From the IMG/VR virus record IMGVR_UViG_3300047160_000733: 64,000 bases of DNA, one strand, 5' to 3'. Position 1 is the stretch's first letter, and each line of letters starts with the position of its first letter. Origin of the DNA: a virus. Shown here piece by piece: positions 49,132 to 58,397 of this stretch. Made by a program: the position numbers and the translations under genes. The notes under the pieces were generated by a model. It was not told the DNA's origin. It searched no databases and saw only the letters and a program-made list of their open reading frames with translations.

Positions 49132-50403
49132 TTATACACCCAAAGTTCCGTCGTCAATGTTTGTAGCCTCTACCCATTTACGTCCGGACGTTGGACGGAA
49201 GAATGGAGGAAACTCTGTGACGTTTGCGTTATACCCTGCGAAGTAACACTCCCCTCCGATAATAGCCATAACTGACTGTTCCCCCCAGAAGATATTCTCC
49301 AGTGTACCATTCAATGCTGTTGGGTCAGAATCTGAAGCCTTGATCTTTACAGACATATTAGTTGGTTGAGTTATATCACCAAGCGTGTTACCAATACAGA
49401 GGACTGGACAGACATAGGTCCCGCCCGCCGTTTCCCCTTGACCACCTGAAGCCTTAGAAACTCCAAGACCTTTGCTGTTGTAGTAGTATTGTACTCTAGG
49501 TTCGAAACCAGAACGGTAATAGGATTTAACGTTTAATAGATAGATATCACTTCCGACAGGGGCTGAAATTTCAGACCATGCCGTGGTTGTTGTGTTTCCA
49601 TCAATCTGCCCAACATTCTTTCCTTTCGAGTACCACTTCTGAGTAGATGCCTCTTTAGCTAAGAAAAATGTATCATACTTCCCTAATACATCGACGTTAT
49701 CAAAATGGCTAGAACACTTAACCGCATCATAAGTCAAAGTTGCTCCGGTGATGGCTTGCCACGTGGTGTAGTTAGCATCATTAGCCACTGCGGGGTTGAT
49801 GGCTTTAGAATTACCATTATAGCCCTTGGCAAAGATCTTACCTGTGGTGTCACAATAGATCTGGTTATTCACACTGCAATCATAATCTTTGACGTTATCA
49901 GAGACTTTGGTAAGCTTGGCTGGAACTGTCTGCCACAAGGTGTTATCATTCAGCAGGAACATGATCCCGCCGTTTGGCAGGTAGTTGACGATCTTGCGAA
50001 TGTTCTGGGTAGTCAGCCCTGAGCCGTTGAAGTAAGTTGATGGTAGTTCAGCAAAGATGTTCTTGTTGTTATTGTCTGCAATAGTCGGGATGTTTACGTT
50101 ATCGTAGGCCATAAACAGGAACCGTCCATCTTCCATTACTGCCATCTTAAGCGCCGCCGTTGAGGTATAGAATGATGCAACGCCATCCATCACCTTAGTC
50201 CAAGCACCAGAGGAGGCTTTGTGGGTGACACCATCAGGCATTAAGCCTAGACCAGTAAACTTCTTAGCTGGGCCCCCGACGAACAGCTCACCTTTTGTGG
50301 TTAGTGCCCAAGCCAAGTTGCCGCACATAACTGCATATTTGATCTTTCCATCAGTGACTGGTGGTGTAATTAGACCGAAGGCGATCATTGGAAACGGAAT
50401 CAT
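49132..50403 (-). CDS. hypothetical tail-associated protein, possibly beta-propeller (RCC1-like repeats)
   Basis: ORF-track 49132..50436 trimmed to the ATG at 50403 behind TAGGAGAGA. Recurrent G-x-(L/I/Y)F-x-(G/K)G segments (KGELFVGG, GKIFAKGYNG, GECYFAGYN). Last gene of the late block. Confidence 0.45.
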   Translation of the reverse strand: MIPFPMIAFGLITPPVTDGKIKYAVMCGNLAWALTTKGELFVGGPAKKFTGLGLMPDGVTHKASSGAWTKVMDGVASFYTSTAALKMAVMEDGRFLFMAYDNVNIPTIADNNNKNIFAELPSTYFNGSGLTTQNIRKIVNYLPNGGIMFLLNDNTLWQTVPAKLTKVSDNVKDYDCSVNNQIYCDTTGKIFAKGYNGNSKAINPAVANDANYTTWQAITGATLTYDAVKCSSHFDNVDVLGKYDTFFLAKEASTQKWYSKGKNVGQIDGNTTTTAWSEISAPVGSDIYLLNVKSYYRSGFEPRVQYYYNSKGLGVSKASGGQGETAGGTYVCPVLCIGNTLGDITQPTNMSVKIKASDSDPTALNGTLENIFWGEQSVMAIIGGECYFAGYNANVTEFPPFFRPTSGRKWVEATNIDDGTLGV

Positions 50404-50412
50404 ATTCTCTCC

Positions 50413-50444
50413 TAAAAGAAAAGGCCCCATTCTCATGAGGCCTT
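50413..50444 (-). terminator. rho-independent terminator
   Basis: Minus RNA AAGGCC-N12-GGCCTT followed by TTCTTTT. Confidence 0.55.
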
Positions 50445-50449
50445 AATGG

Positions 50450-52408
50450 TTATGGACGGGTAGTCATGAACACGTCGATCAGGTTGCCTTTACCACGATA
50501 GACCAAGTTACAGATAGTAACTGAGCTAGGGGTTGTGCTAACCTTAGTACCTGTTCCATGAACTACAAAGCTATTTGACCAAGTAACCTCATGGCCCGTA
50601 GCATCCTGTTCAAAGTAGATGTAGATAGACTCCGACTTACCGCCGCCTACAAGGCCCGCTGGGGCGTTAACAGCAAAAGCCGTCTGTACGTTAACGTTGT
50701 AGACGTTCGTCGTACCATCAGGCGTATACGTCGCAGAAGACGGCAATACATCCTTAGGAGTGACGCTGAACTTAGGAGCCGTTACCTTATCTGCCTCTAA
50801 AGATTTAGCTACGACATCATTATTGGCTAAACTAAAGTCACCAGTTACAGTCAAATCTGTTACCGTAGTGGCTTTCAGAGATGTCTCACCTGTAACAGTC
50901 AAGGTCTTAGCCGCCACAGCGTTATTGCTCAGATCCAACTGACCAGTGATTGTACCAGTGACCTTAAGGTTTCCACCAACATTGGCATTGTTGGCAACAT
51001 CAAGTCCTACCTTGCCCATGTCAGCACTGCCAGCAACAACCCGCTGTGCAGTTACATCGTTAGATGCCGTAACGTTAACCGCCCCAATATCACCTGTTAC
51101 CGTCGCGGATAGCGCCGTGATATTCTTGGATGACAGGTCGATCTCGCCGTTAATAGTTCCGGATACGTTAAGGTCGCCTTCTACTAAAGCATTACCTTCT
51201 ACACGGAGCTTGTCGCCAGTCTGACCAGCCTTACGCTTCAGGATTAGCTCATTGGTAGTAACTGAACCTTCCGTAGTCAAACCGCCAACGGTAGCAACAC
51301 CCTCAATTGAGGCCGCACCAGACACAGCAAGTGATCCGCCGTTTACCTCACCAGTTACTGTCAGAGATTCACCAGTGATCGGGCCGACTGCCGTGATAGA
51401 ATCAGATGCCGAAAGATTCAATGCTGACACTGCCTCTGTGGCTGTTACAGACTTCGGTAGAATGTCCTTGCCTTCGATGCTCTCTGCTGACCCGATTGGG
51501 TTTCCATTACCATCACGTAAAGACCCCTTGACAACAAGGTCATTTACTGTAGCTGTTTGACCCGCCACATTAAAGTCGCCTGTTACGCCAGCATCACCAT
51601 CAACAGCCAATGTTCCCTTGGAGTGCATGTTGCCGCCGGAGGTGATACCACCAACGGTAGTGACAGACTGCCCTTTCAGGGACCCCGTGGCATTAACATT
51701 TTTAGGGTTAATGTCGAGGCCATCCATAGTAGGGGCTACAGGTTGACCATCCTCATCGACAAAGTTACCGGATACATAAAGATCCTTCGTGGTAATCTTA
51801 CCAGTGTTAGTGATCTCACCAGAAGCAATCTTAGAGGCCGTAGCATCACCAGTCAAGGTGGTTGTTCCAGTGACAGTTAGGTTCTTAACTGAGATATCTT
51901 GACCATCAACAATGGCCTTGATTGCATCACCTACCCACGAAGTTGTGGGGATCGTATCAGATGAATCACCTTTTGCAGGTTTAGGTGCGCGTGGGTTCCC
52001 AGTGAACTTAGGACTATCAATTGGAGCATATTTCTTACTAGGGTCTTCACCAGTCTGGTTAAGGAAGGCTCTCCACTTAGGGTCGCTCTTCGGAGAAACA
52101 CCTTGTAGAACAATCGTAGATTGTGTTGCTGTAGGAGCATACCACCAAGATGTTGCACCAGCCTCAGTAAAGGCGTATAATTGGTTAAATACAGAAACCT
52201 GTGTACCCTGTTTCCAAGCGATAGGTGGAGTTTTGAAGTAAAGGTTGTCAAGAAGAGCTTTACGTACTGAGGGGATCAGACTACCATCCTCTGTAACGAT
52301 GCTTGCCAATCCATCACCGTTGACCACTCCGTGTAATCTCTTGGAGTCAAGGATCACCTGATCAACAGCTTTGTTGAAATCTTCGCTGACTGCGATTTGT
52401 TCTGCCAC
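50450..52408 (-). CDS. tail fibre protein
   Basis: KYAPIDSPKFTGNPRAPKPAKGDSSDTIPTTSWV fibre motif. Long array of VTG/LTVTG beta-helix-like repeats. Start set to the GTG at 52408 (AAGGAG 6 nt upstream, 1 nt after the upstream stop). The ATG at 52456 is the ORF-track alternative. Confidence 0.8.
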   Translation of the reverse strand: MAEQIAVSEDFNKAVDQVILDSKRLHGVVNGDGLASIVTEDGSLIPSVRKALLDNLYFKTPPIAWKQGTQVSVFNQLYAFTEAGATSWWYAPTATQSTIVLQGVSPKSDPKWRAFLNQTGEDPSKKYAPIDSPKFTGNPRAPKPAKGDSSDTIPTTSWVGDAIKAIVDGQDISVKNLTVTGTTTLTGDATASKIASGEITNTGKITTKDLYVSGNFVDEDGQPVAPTMDGLDINPKNVNATGSLKGQSVTTVGGITSGGNMHSKGTLAVDGDAGVTGDFNVAGQTATVNDLVVKGSLRDGNGNPIGSAESIEGKDILPKSVTATEAVSALNLSASDSITAVGPITGESLTVTGEVNGGSLAVSGAASIEGVATVGGLTTEGSVTTNELILKRKAGQTGDKLRVEGNALVEGDLNVSGTINGEIDLSSKNITALSATVTGDIGAVNVTASNDVTAQRVVAGSADMGKVGLDVANNANVGGNLKVTGTITGQLDLSNNAVAAKTLTVTGETSLKATTVTDLTVTGDFSLANNDVVAKSLEADKVTAPKFSVTPKDVLPSSATYTPDGTTNVYNVNVQTAFAVNAPAGLVGGGKSESIYIYFEQDATGHEVTWSNSFVVHGTGTKVSTTPSSVTICNLVYRGKGNLIDVFMTTRP

Positions 52409-52409
52409 G

Positions 52410-52676
52410 TTACTCTCCTTTATTGGAATTCGTGTTGTTGTTGCCTTGATTGACATTCACACCCCAACGGAGGGAGATGAAATTGCTCAGGAGTTGAGGG
52501 GCAGCAACAGCGGAAGCGTACACCCACATGTACCATTCAGGTAGGGTATTGTTCCACCCCATCTTAATGAAAACAGCAGTCATGGAAGCCATGCCGATGT
52601 TAGACCAGAATTTGGTATGGGATGCCTTGTCTGGGTTAACTGAAGATGTCACCAGATCCTTTAGGAATTTTAACAT
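52410..52676 (-). CDS. small membrane protein (holin-like topology)
   Basis: 88 aa, two TM helices, polar N-rich C-terminus. GAGAGGGAA RBS. Confidence 0.45.
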   Translation of the reverse strand: MLKFLKDLVTSSVNPDKASHTKFWSNIGMASMTAVFIKMGWNNTLPEWYMWVYASAVAAPQLLSNFISLRWGVNVNQGNNNTNSNKGE

Positions 52677-52699
52677 ATTCCCTCTCGTTTATCAACGGG

Positions 52700-53167
52700 T
52701 TAATATAAGAGCAAATGAGCTGCAATAAGGCAGAAAGCTATGATGCATAACTGCACCCATTCACGTATTGATGTATCTTTTAATGCACAGACACAGATCA
52801 ACGACTCAAAGAATAATGAGCTGGATTGTGACCACGTAAAAGAGTACAGACCAGAAGGGAACATATCGGGGTATTGTATCACGAAGACTTGGAGGAGTAG
52901 GAAGGGTATGGCACTTGAAGCAATAAGCTTCTTCTTTGCACCTGCTAGGACACAGGCAATACCGAACATGAGGATTGAGTCGAGGGACCAACACAAAGTA
53001 AGGTAGAAGGATAGATCAAATATATCAGGATGGTTCCAGAAGTACCAATACACCCCATTCTCTATGAGAATATGGCTCAGGCATAAAATAGCCATGAGCC
53101 GTATATCTCTATCTTCTTTAGTTAATAGCACTAAGAAACAGACCCCATACAAAAGGGATGTTACCAT
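52700..53167 (-). CDS. polytopic membrane protein
   Basis: 155 aa with about 5 hydrophobic helices. GAGGG RBS. Confidence 0.6.
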   Translation of the reverse strand: MVTSLLYGVCFLVLLTKEDRDIRLMAILCLSHILIENGVYWYFWNHPDIFDLSFYLTLCWSLDSILMFGIACVLAGAKKKLIASSAIPFLLLQVFVIQYPDMFPSGLYSFTWSQSSSLFFESLICVCALKDTSIREWVQLCIIAFCLIAAHLLLY

Positions 53168-53169
53168 AG

Positions 53170-53508
53170 CTACCCTCGGTGACGAGTCTCCAAGACCGTT
53201 TTGAGAAGTGTCTGTATGTCATCTCTTAATCCGGAAACCTCAGACTTTACTTCGCGGCGAAGGTCAGAGAGGTCTGACCTAACATCCTGCAAACTATCCT
53301 GTAGGTGCTTAACTTTCCTGTCTAGTGTCTCGTCAAGGCGGTCCTTTGTAACCATATCCGATTTCATACGGATCATTTCCTTTTCGATGGCATCCTGACG
53401 TTCTTGCATCTTCTTATAGTCAGTCCAGATATATTTAAGGACACCCATAAGAATAAAGGTTAGAAACCCCCAAGCCGCCTTCAGAACAGACCACATTGTG
53501 ATATCCAA
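53170..53508 (-). CDS. membrane-anchored coiled-coil protein (i-spanin/XhlA-like topology)
   Basis: TTG start 6 nt after GGAGG. N-terminal TM helix, then heptad-rich DAIEKEMIRMKSDM...DLSDLRREVKSEVSGLRDDIQTLL. Confidence 0.5.
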   Translation of the reverse strand: MDITMWSVLKAAWGFLTFILMGVLKYIWTDYKKMQERQDAIEKEMIRMKSDMVTKDRLDETLDRKVKHLQDSLQDVRSDLSDLRREVKSEVSGLRDDIQTLLKTVLETRHRG

Positions 53509-53519
53509 GCATCACCTCC

Positions 53520-54029
53520 TTATGGCGCTTTAGGGAACACAACCTTCTTGACAGTAACATCAAGTCGCTTGAGTGCAGCAACATAGCCCTTAAGTTTTTC
53601 AGCTCGGGCACTCTCTGCTTTATCCAGTAAGTCACCCATCGCCAGAAGGACACTCAGCTCAGTCATCGTGTTTCGAATAAGAGAGTTGCGTTGCTCATCT
53701 AGCTGTTCAGGAGTTACCTTACGCTTGATCAGCTTAGTCTTAACTAATTCCCAATCTCTGCGGGTATTCTCGTTAAAACCTTCAGGTAATTCATCCAACT
53801 CGACAACTGTCATATCTACAGGGAATGACATCTCAATATTCTTTACCAGTTGGACGATGATCCCTTGGTCGTCAATAAGGATCTTCCAAGTGTCTGGAGA
53901 AAAGCTGTTCTGTACATCATACCAACATTGCCCATCTTCCGATTTAATGAAGAAAGCATTTGGGAGGCCGAAGCGGCGTACCGCTTCCTCCGTCGGCTGG
54001 TATTTAGTGAAGTTACGAATAATACGCAT
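53520..54029 (-). CDS. tail fibre assembly protein (Tfa-like chaperone)
   Basis: 169 aa immediately downstream of a fibre gene. The C-terminal pattern ...EQLDEQRNSLIRNTMTELSVLLAMGDLLDKAESARAEKLKGYVAALKRLDV is typical of P2 G / Mu U-type Tfa proteins. Confidence 0.65.
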   Translation of the reverse strand: MRIIRNFTKYQPTEEAVRRFGLPNAFFIKSEDGQCWYDVQNSFSPDTWKILIDDQGIIVQLVKNIEMSFPVDMTVVELDELPEGFNENTRRDWELVKTKLIKRKVTPEQLDEQRNSLIRNTMTELSVLLAMGDLLDKAESARAEKLKGYVAALKRLDVTVKKVVFPKAP

Positions 54030-54038
54030 TTACTCTCC

Positions 54039-55619
54039 TTATCCTAGTTGGTCAATAGTAACCCAAGTATCACCAACCTTTTTCATTGTTGGTCGTGCCC
54101 TAACAAAACCTAAGATACCTGCCCCCTTTGCACCACCCTGATAGCGGTACTGGCTTATATCGGTCATCGAGTGGCCCGCCGGAGCAAGGAATTGCAAGTA
54201 GTTAGGGTTTACTTGGTTAACTCTGGAGTTAACATCTACAGCATTACCGAAACGGACATCAGTAACTGGCAGTGCTGCCGAGTTAGGGATAACTGTTACG
54301 TTAGTAGAAGCACCTACACCAGAAATCGAACCACGGGCAGAAATAACAGCAGAACCTACCGCAATCCCGCTCACGCTACCATCAGCACCGACGGAAGCCA
54401 CTGAAGGGTTACTTGAAGACCATAAGATCTGCTCTGAGTAGTCTGTTGGGGCCGCTGTGAATACAATCTTCTGTGAACCTTCAACTTCAATGCTCGGCGG
54501 CTGGCGCAAAGTCAGAGATGTCAAAAGGACGTTGACTGTAACACCAACACGGCTGTTTAGTCCAGTAGAGATTGAAGCGATAATCTGACAGGTCCCTTTA
54601 CCACGCAGTGTTACCAGACCAGAAGTATCTACCGTTGCAACTGAAGCGTTTGTAGTTGACCAAGATACTGGGAACCCGCTGGCAATGTTGGTAGGGAGAA
54701 CGGTAGCTGTCAGTCGCTGTTGCCCGCCAATCTTGCCTGTGATAGAATCAGGGGAAACGATGATATCCGTAGGTGTTTGAGCACCAGAACCACTATCCGC
54801 CTGATCGGTCTTGATGATGAACATGGTTGCAATGTTCTTCACTCGGTTTTCAGCAGCAGTCGGAACTACACGGCTGGCATCGAATGTTACGTAAGCACCC
54901 CAGTTATCATTACCGCCAGATTTAACCTCGGCGTTCCAACGACGGTTAGATGTTTGGAATGCACCAACATACCCGTCCTGCGCTCTCCAACGGTCATAGG
55001 AAAGTGTTCCGCCAGTGATGTTACGAATAGCATCTTCCTGAGTGGAAAGGATCGCACGGTTTGGCTCTGAGTCTGTGGTGGATCCGTGGGCCCAACCACG
55101 TGGAACACGACCACGCATATCCCATAAAGTATCGCGACCAAGTGCCGAGAACAGTTTAGGGTTTTTAGCCTTATCAAACTTCTGACCATTAAGTTCCAAC
55201 CACCCTTTAGGAGGTGTTGTCGAACCCCAGAGCATCACGCCACCGATTGGTACAAGGTAATCATTCAGCCCGTTAACCTTATTGTTCATATCCTTGATGG
55301 CATCATCCAGCTTTTTCTCCATGTCATCAATTTTCTTATCTACCTCTTTGATCTTATCATCAACTACCTTTTCGAAGTCTTTGATCTTGTCATCAATTAC
55401 TTTCTCAATGGCTGGGACTTGCTCAGTTGTGATGTATCGGATCCACTGGGTGATCATGTTGAGAGTGTAGTTATATTCTTCACAGGCTGGCTTCTGTCCC
55501 TTGTCATAACCCTTCTTGAACAGGTCATCAATAGGGCGCTTCTTGTTTAATTGCCCTGTGTTAGGGAGGACATAGTTATCCCATGCCCAGATATCAAGAC
55601 CAATAAGTGGCTTTGCCAT
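54039..55619 (-). CDS. tail fibre protein (coiled coil + tail-collar + Ig-like Big_2 repeats)
   Basis: Heptads KVIDDKIKDFEKVVDDKIKEVDKKIDDMEKKLDD. Collar motif LVPIGGVMLWGSTTPPKGWLELNGQKF. Two Ig-like repeats (VSPDSITGKIGGQQRLTATVLP... and LRQPPSIEVEGSQKIVFTAAP...). Confidence 0.8.
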   Translation of the reverse strand: MAKPLIGLDIWAWDNYVLPNTGQLNKKRPIDDLFKKGYDKGQKPACEEYNYTLNMITQWIRYITTEQVPAIEKVIDDKIKDFEKVVDDKIKEVDKKIDDMEKKLDDAIKDMNNKVNGLNDYLVPIGGVMLWGSTTPPKGWLELNGQKFDKAKNPKLFSALGRDTLWDMRGRVPRGWAHGSTTDSEPNRAILSTQEDAIRNITGGTLSYDRWRAQDGYVGAFQTSNRRWNAEVKSGGNDNWGAYVTFDASRVVPTAAENRVKNIATMFIIKTDQADSGSGAQTPTDIIVSPDSITGKIGGQQRLTATVLPTNIASGFPVSWSTTNASVATVDTSGLVTLRGKGTCQIIASISTGLNSRVGVTVNVLLTSLTLRQPPSIEVEGSQKIVFTAAPTDYSEQILWSSSNPSVASVGADGSVSGIAVGSAVISARGSISGVGASTNVTVIPNSAALPVTDVRFGNAVDVNSRVNQVNPNYLQFLAPAGHSMTDISQYRYQGGAKGAGILGFVRARPTMKKVGDTWVTIDQLG

Positions 55620-55621
55620 AA

Positions 55622-57694
55622 TTACTCCTCAAAAGGTGTATCTTCAAGGTAAGCTTCAAAAGCCTTACCATCCATATAGAAAACGTCAGAGTACGACCCA
55701 TAGGTTGTTATAGAGTCATGCATTATCTGAGGGTAAGCCCAGATATACTGGTGAATTCTGGGGAACTTTGTAGTATTCAATGCGATATTCCCAAATATCA
55801 TCTTCCACAAATAAGGGCGGTATGGTGAATCTGGGTCGAATCCGTACAGTGGAGCTAAGACCTCATCAGGAACAAAACCAGCTAAGTAGTGGATATTGTC
55901 CTCAGAGTAATTAAGATCATTGGCGGGGATCGTTATCGCATCAAAAGATTTCTCCATCTTCCCTTGGATGAGCCAGTCATAACATTCTGTACAGTAGAAA
56001 TCAAAGTTGGATGATGAGTAGGAATCTTTTGGTAAATTCAAGAATTCCATCAAACCATTGTCTATGATCGACGGCAAGAATGGCAGAAGGGTTATTTTAA
56101 GTGTTGGATGCCTTGCCTTTAAATCGGTGCCAAACTTTACAACCCTCTTACCAAGAGCCTCACGACAAAACTTAACATACTCGTCATAAGGTGATCCTGT
56201 CTGATAATTATCTTTTGTCCCTATGTCTTGAGCATACAACCCTGTAGCCTTGTTAAAAGCCACTTTTGTTGAGTAGTCATAGATACAAGGAAGGTTGGTA
56301 GATGTGTTGTACCACCACCAAGGCTCACCTATTTGAATCTGAGGTGTTACATTGTAGCTCTGGCTTATCTTGGCTATTGTATCCATAACCTCTGTTACGT
56401 ATGCCATACCTCCCTCGATGAGTGGGGATAAGACGTAGCTTGGAGGTACATAACCAGTAGCTGCCAGATCATCATTCCAGTCATGCTGGACCCACTCAGG
56501 CGGACATACCGTGGACATAAGCTCGAAGCTCACAGAGTTAATAACTGCGTAGTTATTTTCCCCGCATAGTTTCATATAGCTCTTAATCCATTCCTCAGTG
56601 GCCTTGTTCAGGTACTTGGTGCGGTTAAGATTCCAACGAGTCCCGTTCCATGAGAAGTCGTAATAGTGGGACATACCGTTATAGTGGTTAACCACGTCAC
56701 GATACCCCAAAGCTTTCATGTTATAAACTACCCTCTCCGCCGTTAGGTTATACATGTCGTCGTATGAGGTACACATACGGATATCATGCGGCGGAACAAT
56801 CTGGTTATTCACCGTCATGGTTGGGGATTTTTCACCATTAGGTAAGGGGAGAAGTGTTATTGTCATCTGCAACTCACGATTGGTTGGAAGAGGCTCCACC
56901 TGAGTGGACTCCTTGTAATCTGAGGCTGCTACAGAGAACATAAGCTGCTTTATTTGGGAGGTATCAACAGTCCTCTCCAGATTGGGCCCTGACTTAAGGT
57001 TTGAGAAGTCAAGTAGAACAGATGCAGTCTTAAAATCACCTGATATTTGAGTGGCATAACGCATCAAGGGCACATAGTGTATTGTGTCATCCATCAGTGT
57101 GATTGTCAATGTAGGTGTCAGCTCTGGCTTACTGAAATCTTGCATCAGGTTTGACACTTTCATTGAGAAATTAAATTTAGCTTTACGGAGATCCCTGTGT
57201 GTTTTATAACCTACACCTTTATGGTCGAAGGTATCTTCCGTATTCCAAATGACTCCGGAAAGTCCAGCCTTTGTCCTGTTCACCATATTAACAGTGAAGG
57301 ATGATCCATTACTAACAATAGAACAGCTCTCTGAGGGTTGGGAGTCTACAGACCAGTACATTGGCTTGAACAGCATTTCCTCTTTAGTTCCGTAAGAGAG
57401 CGGAGTTAGATCTCTGTTAGCGGAGATCTTGCAGACTCCACGTGACTTATCAAATTCCACCTTTGAACTTATAGAGTTCGCATCTACGTAGAAGTTACGA
57501 GATATTGAGTTTACTTTCTTTTCAGCCACAGGGATTGTTATGCTTTTTGAGGTTGCCCCCTTCTCGAATATGAAACTCCCAACAGTATGGGTATAGTCCC
57601 TATCGGCTATCGCTGTAGAAGGGGTAGTCTTGTAGCTTATAGAGATATCCCTATCTGACTTATCCCTTACTATATTAAAAGTTGCAGAAGCCAT
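55622..57694 (-). CDS. baseplate/fibre-associated protein: N-terminal Calx-beta-like domain + large TIM-barrel-like (GTA_TIM-like?) domain
   Basis: ISISYKTTPSTAIADRDYTHTVGSFIFEKGATSKSITIPV is Calx-beta-like. IQIGEPWWWYNTSTNLPCIYD recalls glycoside-hydrolase-like TIM domains of host-specificity proteins (recollection, unverified). Confidence 0.45.
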   Translation of the reverse strand: MASATFNIVRDKSDRDISISYKTTPSTAIADRDYTHTVGSFIFEKGATSKSITIPVAEKKVNSISRNFYVDANSISSKVEFDKSRGVCKISANRDLTPLSYGTKEEMLFKPMYWSVDSQPSESCSIVSNGSSFTVNMVNRTKAGLSGVIWNTEDTFDHKGVGYKTHRDLRKAKFNFSMKVSNLMQDFSKPELTPTLTITLMDDTIHYVPLMRYATQISGDFKTASVLLDFSNLKSGPNLERTVDTSQIKQLMFSVAASDYKESTQVEPLPTNRELQMTITLLPLPNGEKSPTMTVNNQIVPPHDIRMCTSYDDMYNLTAERVVYNMKALGYRDVVNHYNGMSHYYDFSWNGTRWNLNRTKYLNKATEEWIKSYMKLCGENNYAVINSVSFELMSTVCPPEWVQHDWNDDLAATGYVPPSYVLSPLIEGGMAYVTEVMDTIAKISQSYNVTPQIQIGEPWWWYNTSTNLPCIYDYSTKVAFNKATGLYAQDIGTKDNYQTGSPYDEYVKFCREALGKRVVKFGTDLKARHPTLKITLLPFLPSIIDNGLMEFLNLPKDSYSSSNFDFYCTECYDWLIQGKMEKSFDAITIPANDLNYSEDNIHYLAGFVPDEVLAPLYGFDPDSPYRPYLWKMIFGNIALNTTKFPRIHQYIWAYPQIMHDSITTYGSYSDVFYMDGKAFEAYLEDTPFEE

Positions 57695-57703
57695 TGTGTC
57701 TCC

Positions 57704-58387
57704 TTAACTGAAATTGACAGTGGTGTCCTGAACACTCACCTTGATAAGGGACGGAACATAGACGTCTGCGCTGTCAGAAACGTAAATCAGGGATGCCATA
57801 CCTCCGGCACCGTATCTTTGTGAGTCCCACACAGACCCAAATCCAAAATCTTGCTCGTCGTTATCAAAACCGAAAGGGTAGCCCTCATGATCGGTGATTC
57901 TGAGATGAGTAACCAGTGGTAGGATATCAAGGAGTTGGTCAAGAACCTCATCAACCTCTATACAGGTGTTGAAAAGATTAAGGTCAAATCTGAAGTTATC
58001 TCCCTTCCATGTGGCAAAATTACCCTTACCGAATAATTGGTTAAGTGTGGATATTACCTCTGGGCGTGTGCCGTGCTTTGAAGCTCCACCTGAAAGGATC
58101 ATAATTATAGCGCGATATTCTGGGTCTGCCAATCCATTTCGGTAGATACCCATTTGTTCACCTATCTCATTTAGGTTAAGGCCTTCGGCTAGTTGCAGGG
58201 TTCTATACTCTGCTAAATCTACGAAGGCCTCATCGACCAACCTCAGTCTCTCTAAGAAGATAGAAAGTAACTTGGTAAAGTTCTCTTTATCACTTAGAAA
58301 TTCTGAGGGCAGTCTTTCTAAAGCACCCTTAATGAAATCAGGCAGTGGGTGGATGTGGTTAACATCCGGAGCTAACACCTCTGCCAT
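57704..58387 (-). CDS. baseplate wedge/fibre-connector protein (P2 gpI / Mu gp48 position)
   Basis: 227 aa directly downstream of the J-like gene. Assigned by synteny. Confidence 0.5.
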   Translation of the reverse strand: MAEVLAPDVNHIHPLPDFIKGALERLPSEFLSDKENFTKLLSIFLERLRLVDEAFVDLAEYRTLQLAEGLNLNEIGEQMGIYRNGLADPEYRAIIMILSGGASKHGTRPEVISTLNQLFGKGNFATWKGDNFRFDLNLFNTCIEVDEVLDQLLDILPLVTHLRITDHEGYPFGFDNDEQDFGFGSVWDSQRYGAGGMASLIYVSDSADVYVPSLIKVSVQDTTVNFS

Positions 58388-58397
58388 AACCCCTCCG

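Noticed and set aside
50591-52241. Chain of plus-strand ORFs (60-109 aa) inside the fibre gene
   Set aside because: These are stop-free antisense frames produced by the repetitive V/T/G-rich coding sequence of the fibre. No RBSs, and all lie within one long minus-strand CDS.
52409-52456. ATG at 52456 as the tail-fibre start (47-nt overlap with the upstream membrane-protein gene)
   Set aside because: The GTG at 52408 has AAGGAG 6 nt upstream and lies 1 nt after the upstream stop. The ATG has no comparable RBS. Kept as an alternative only.
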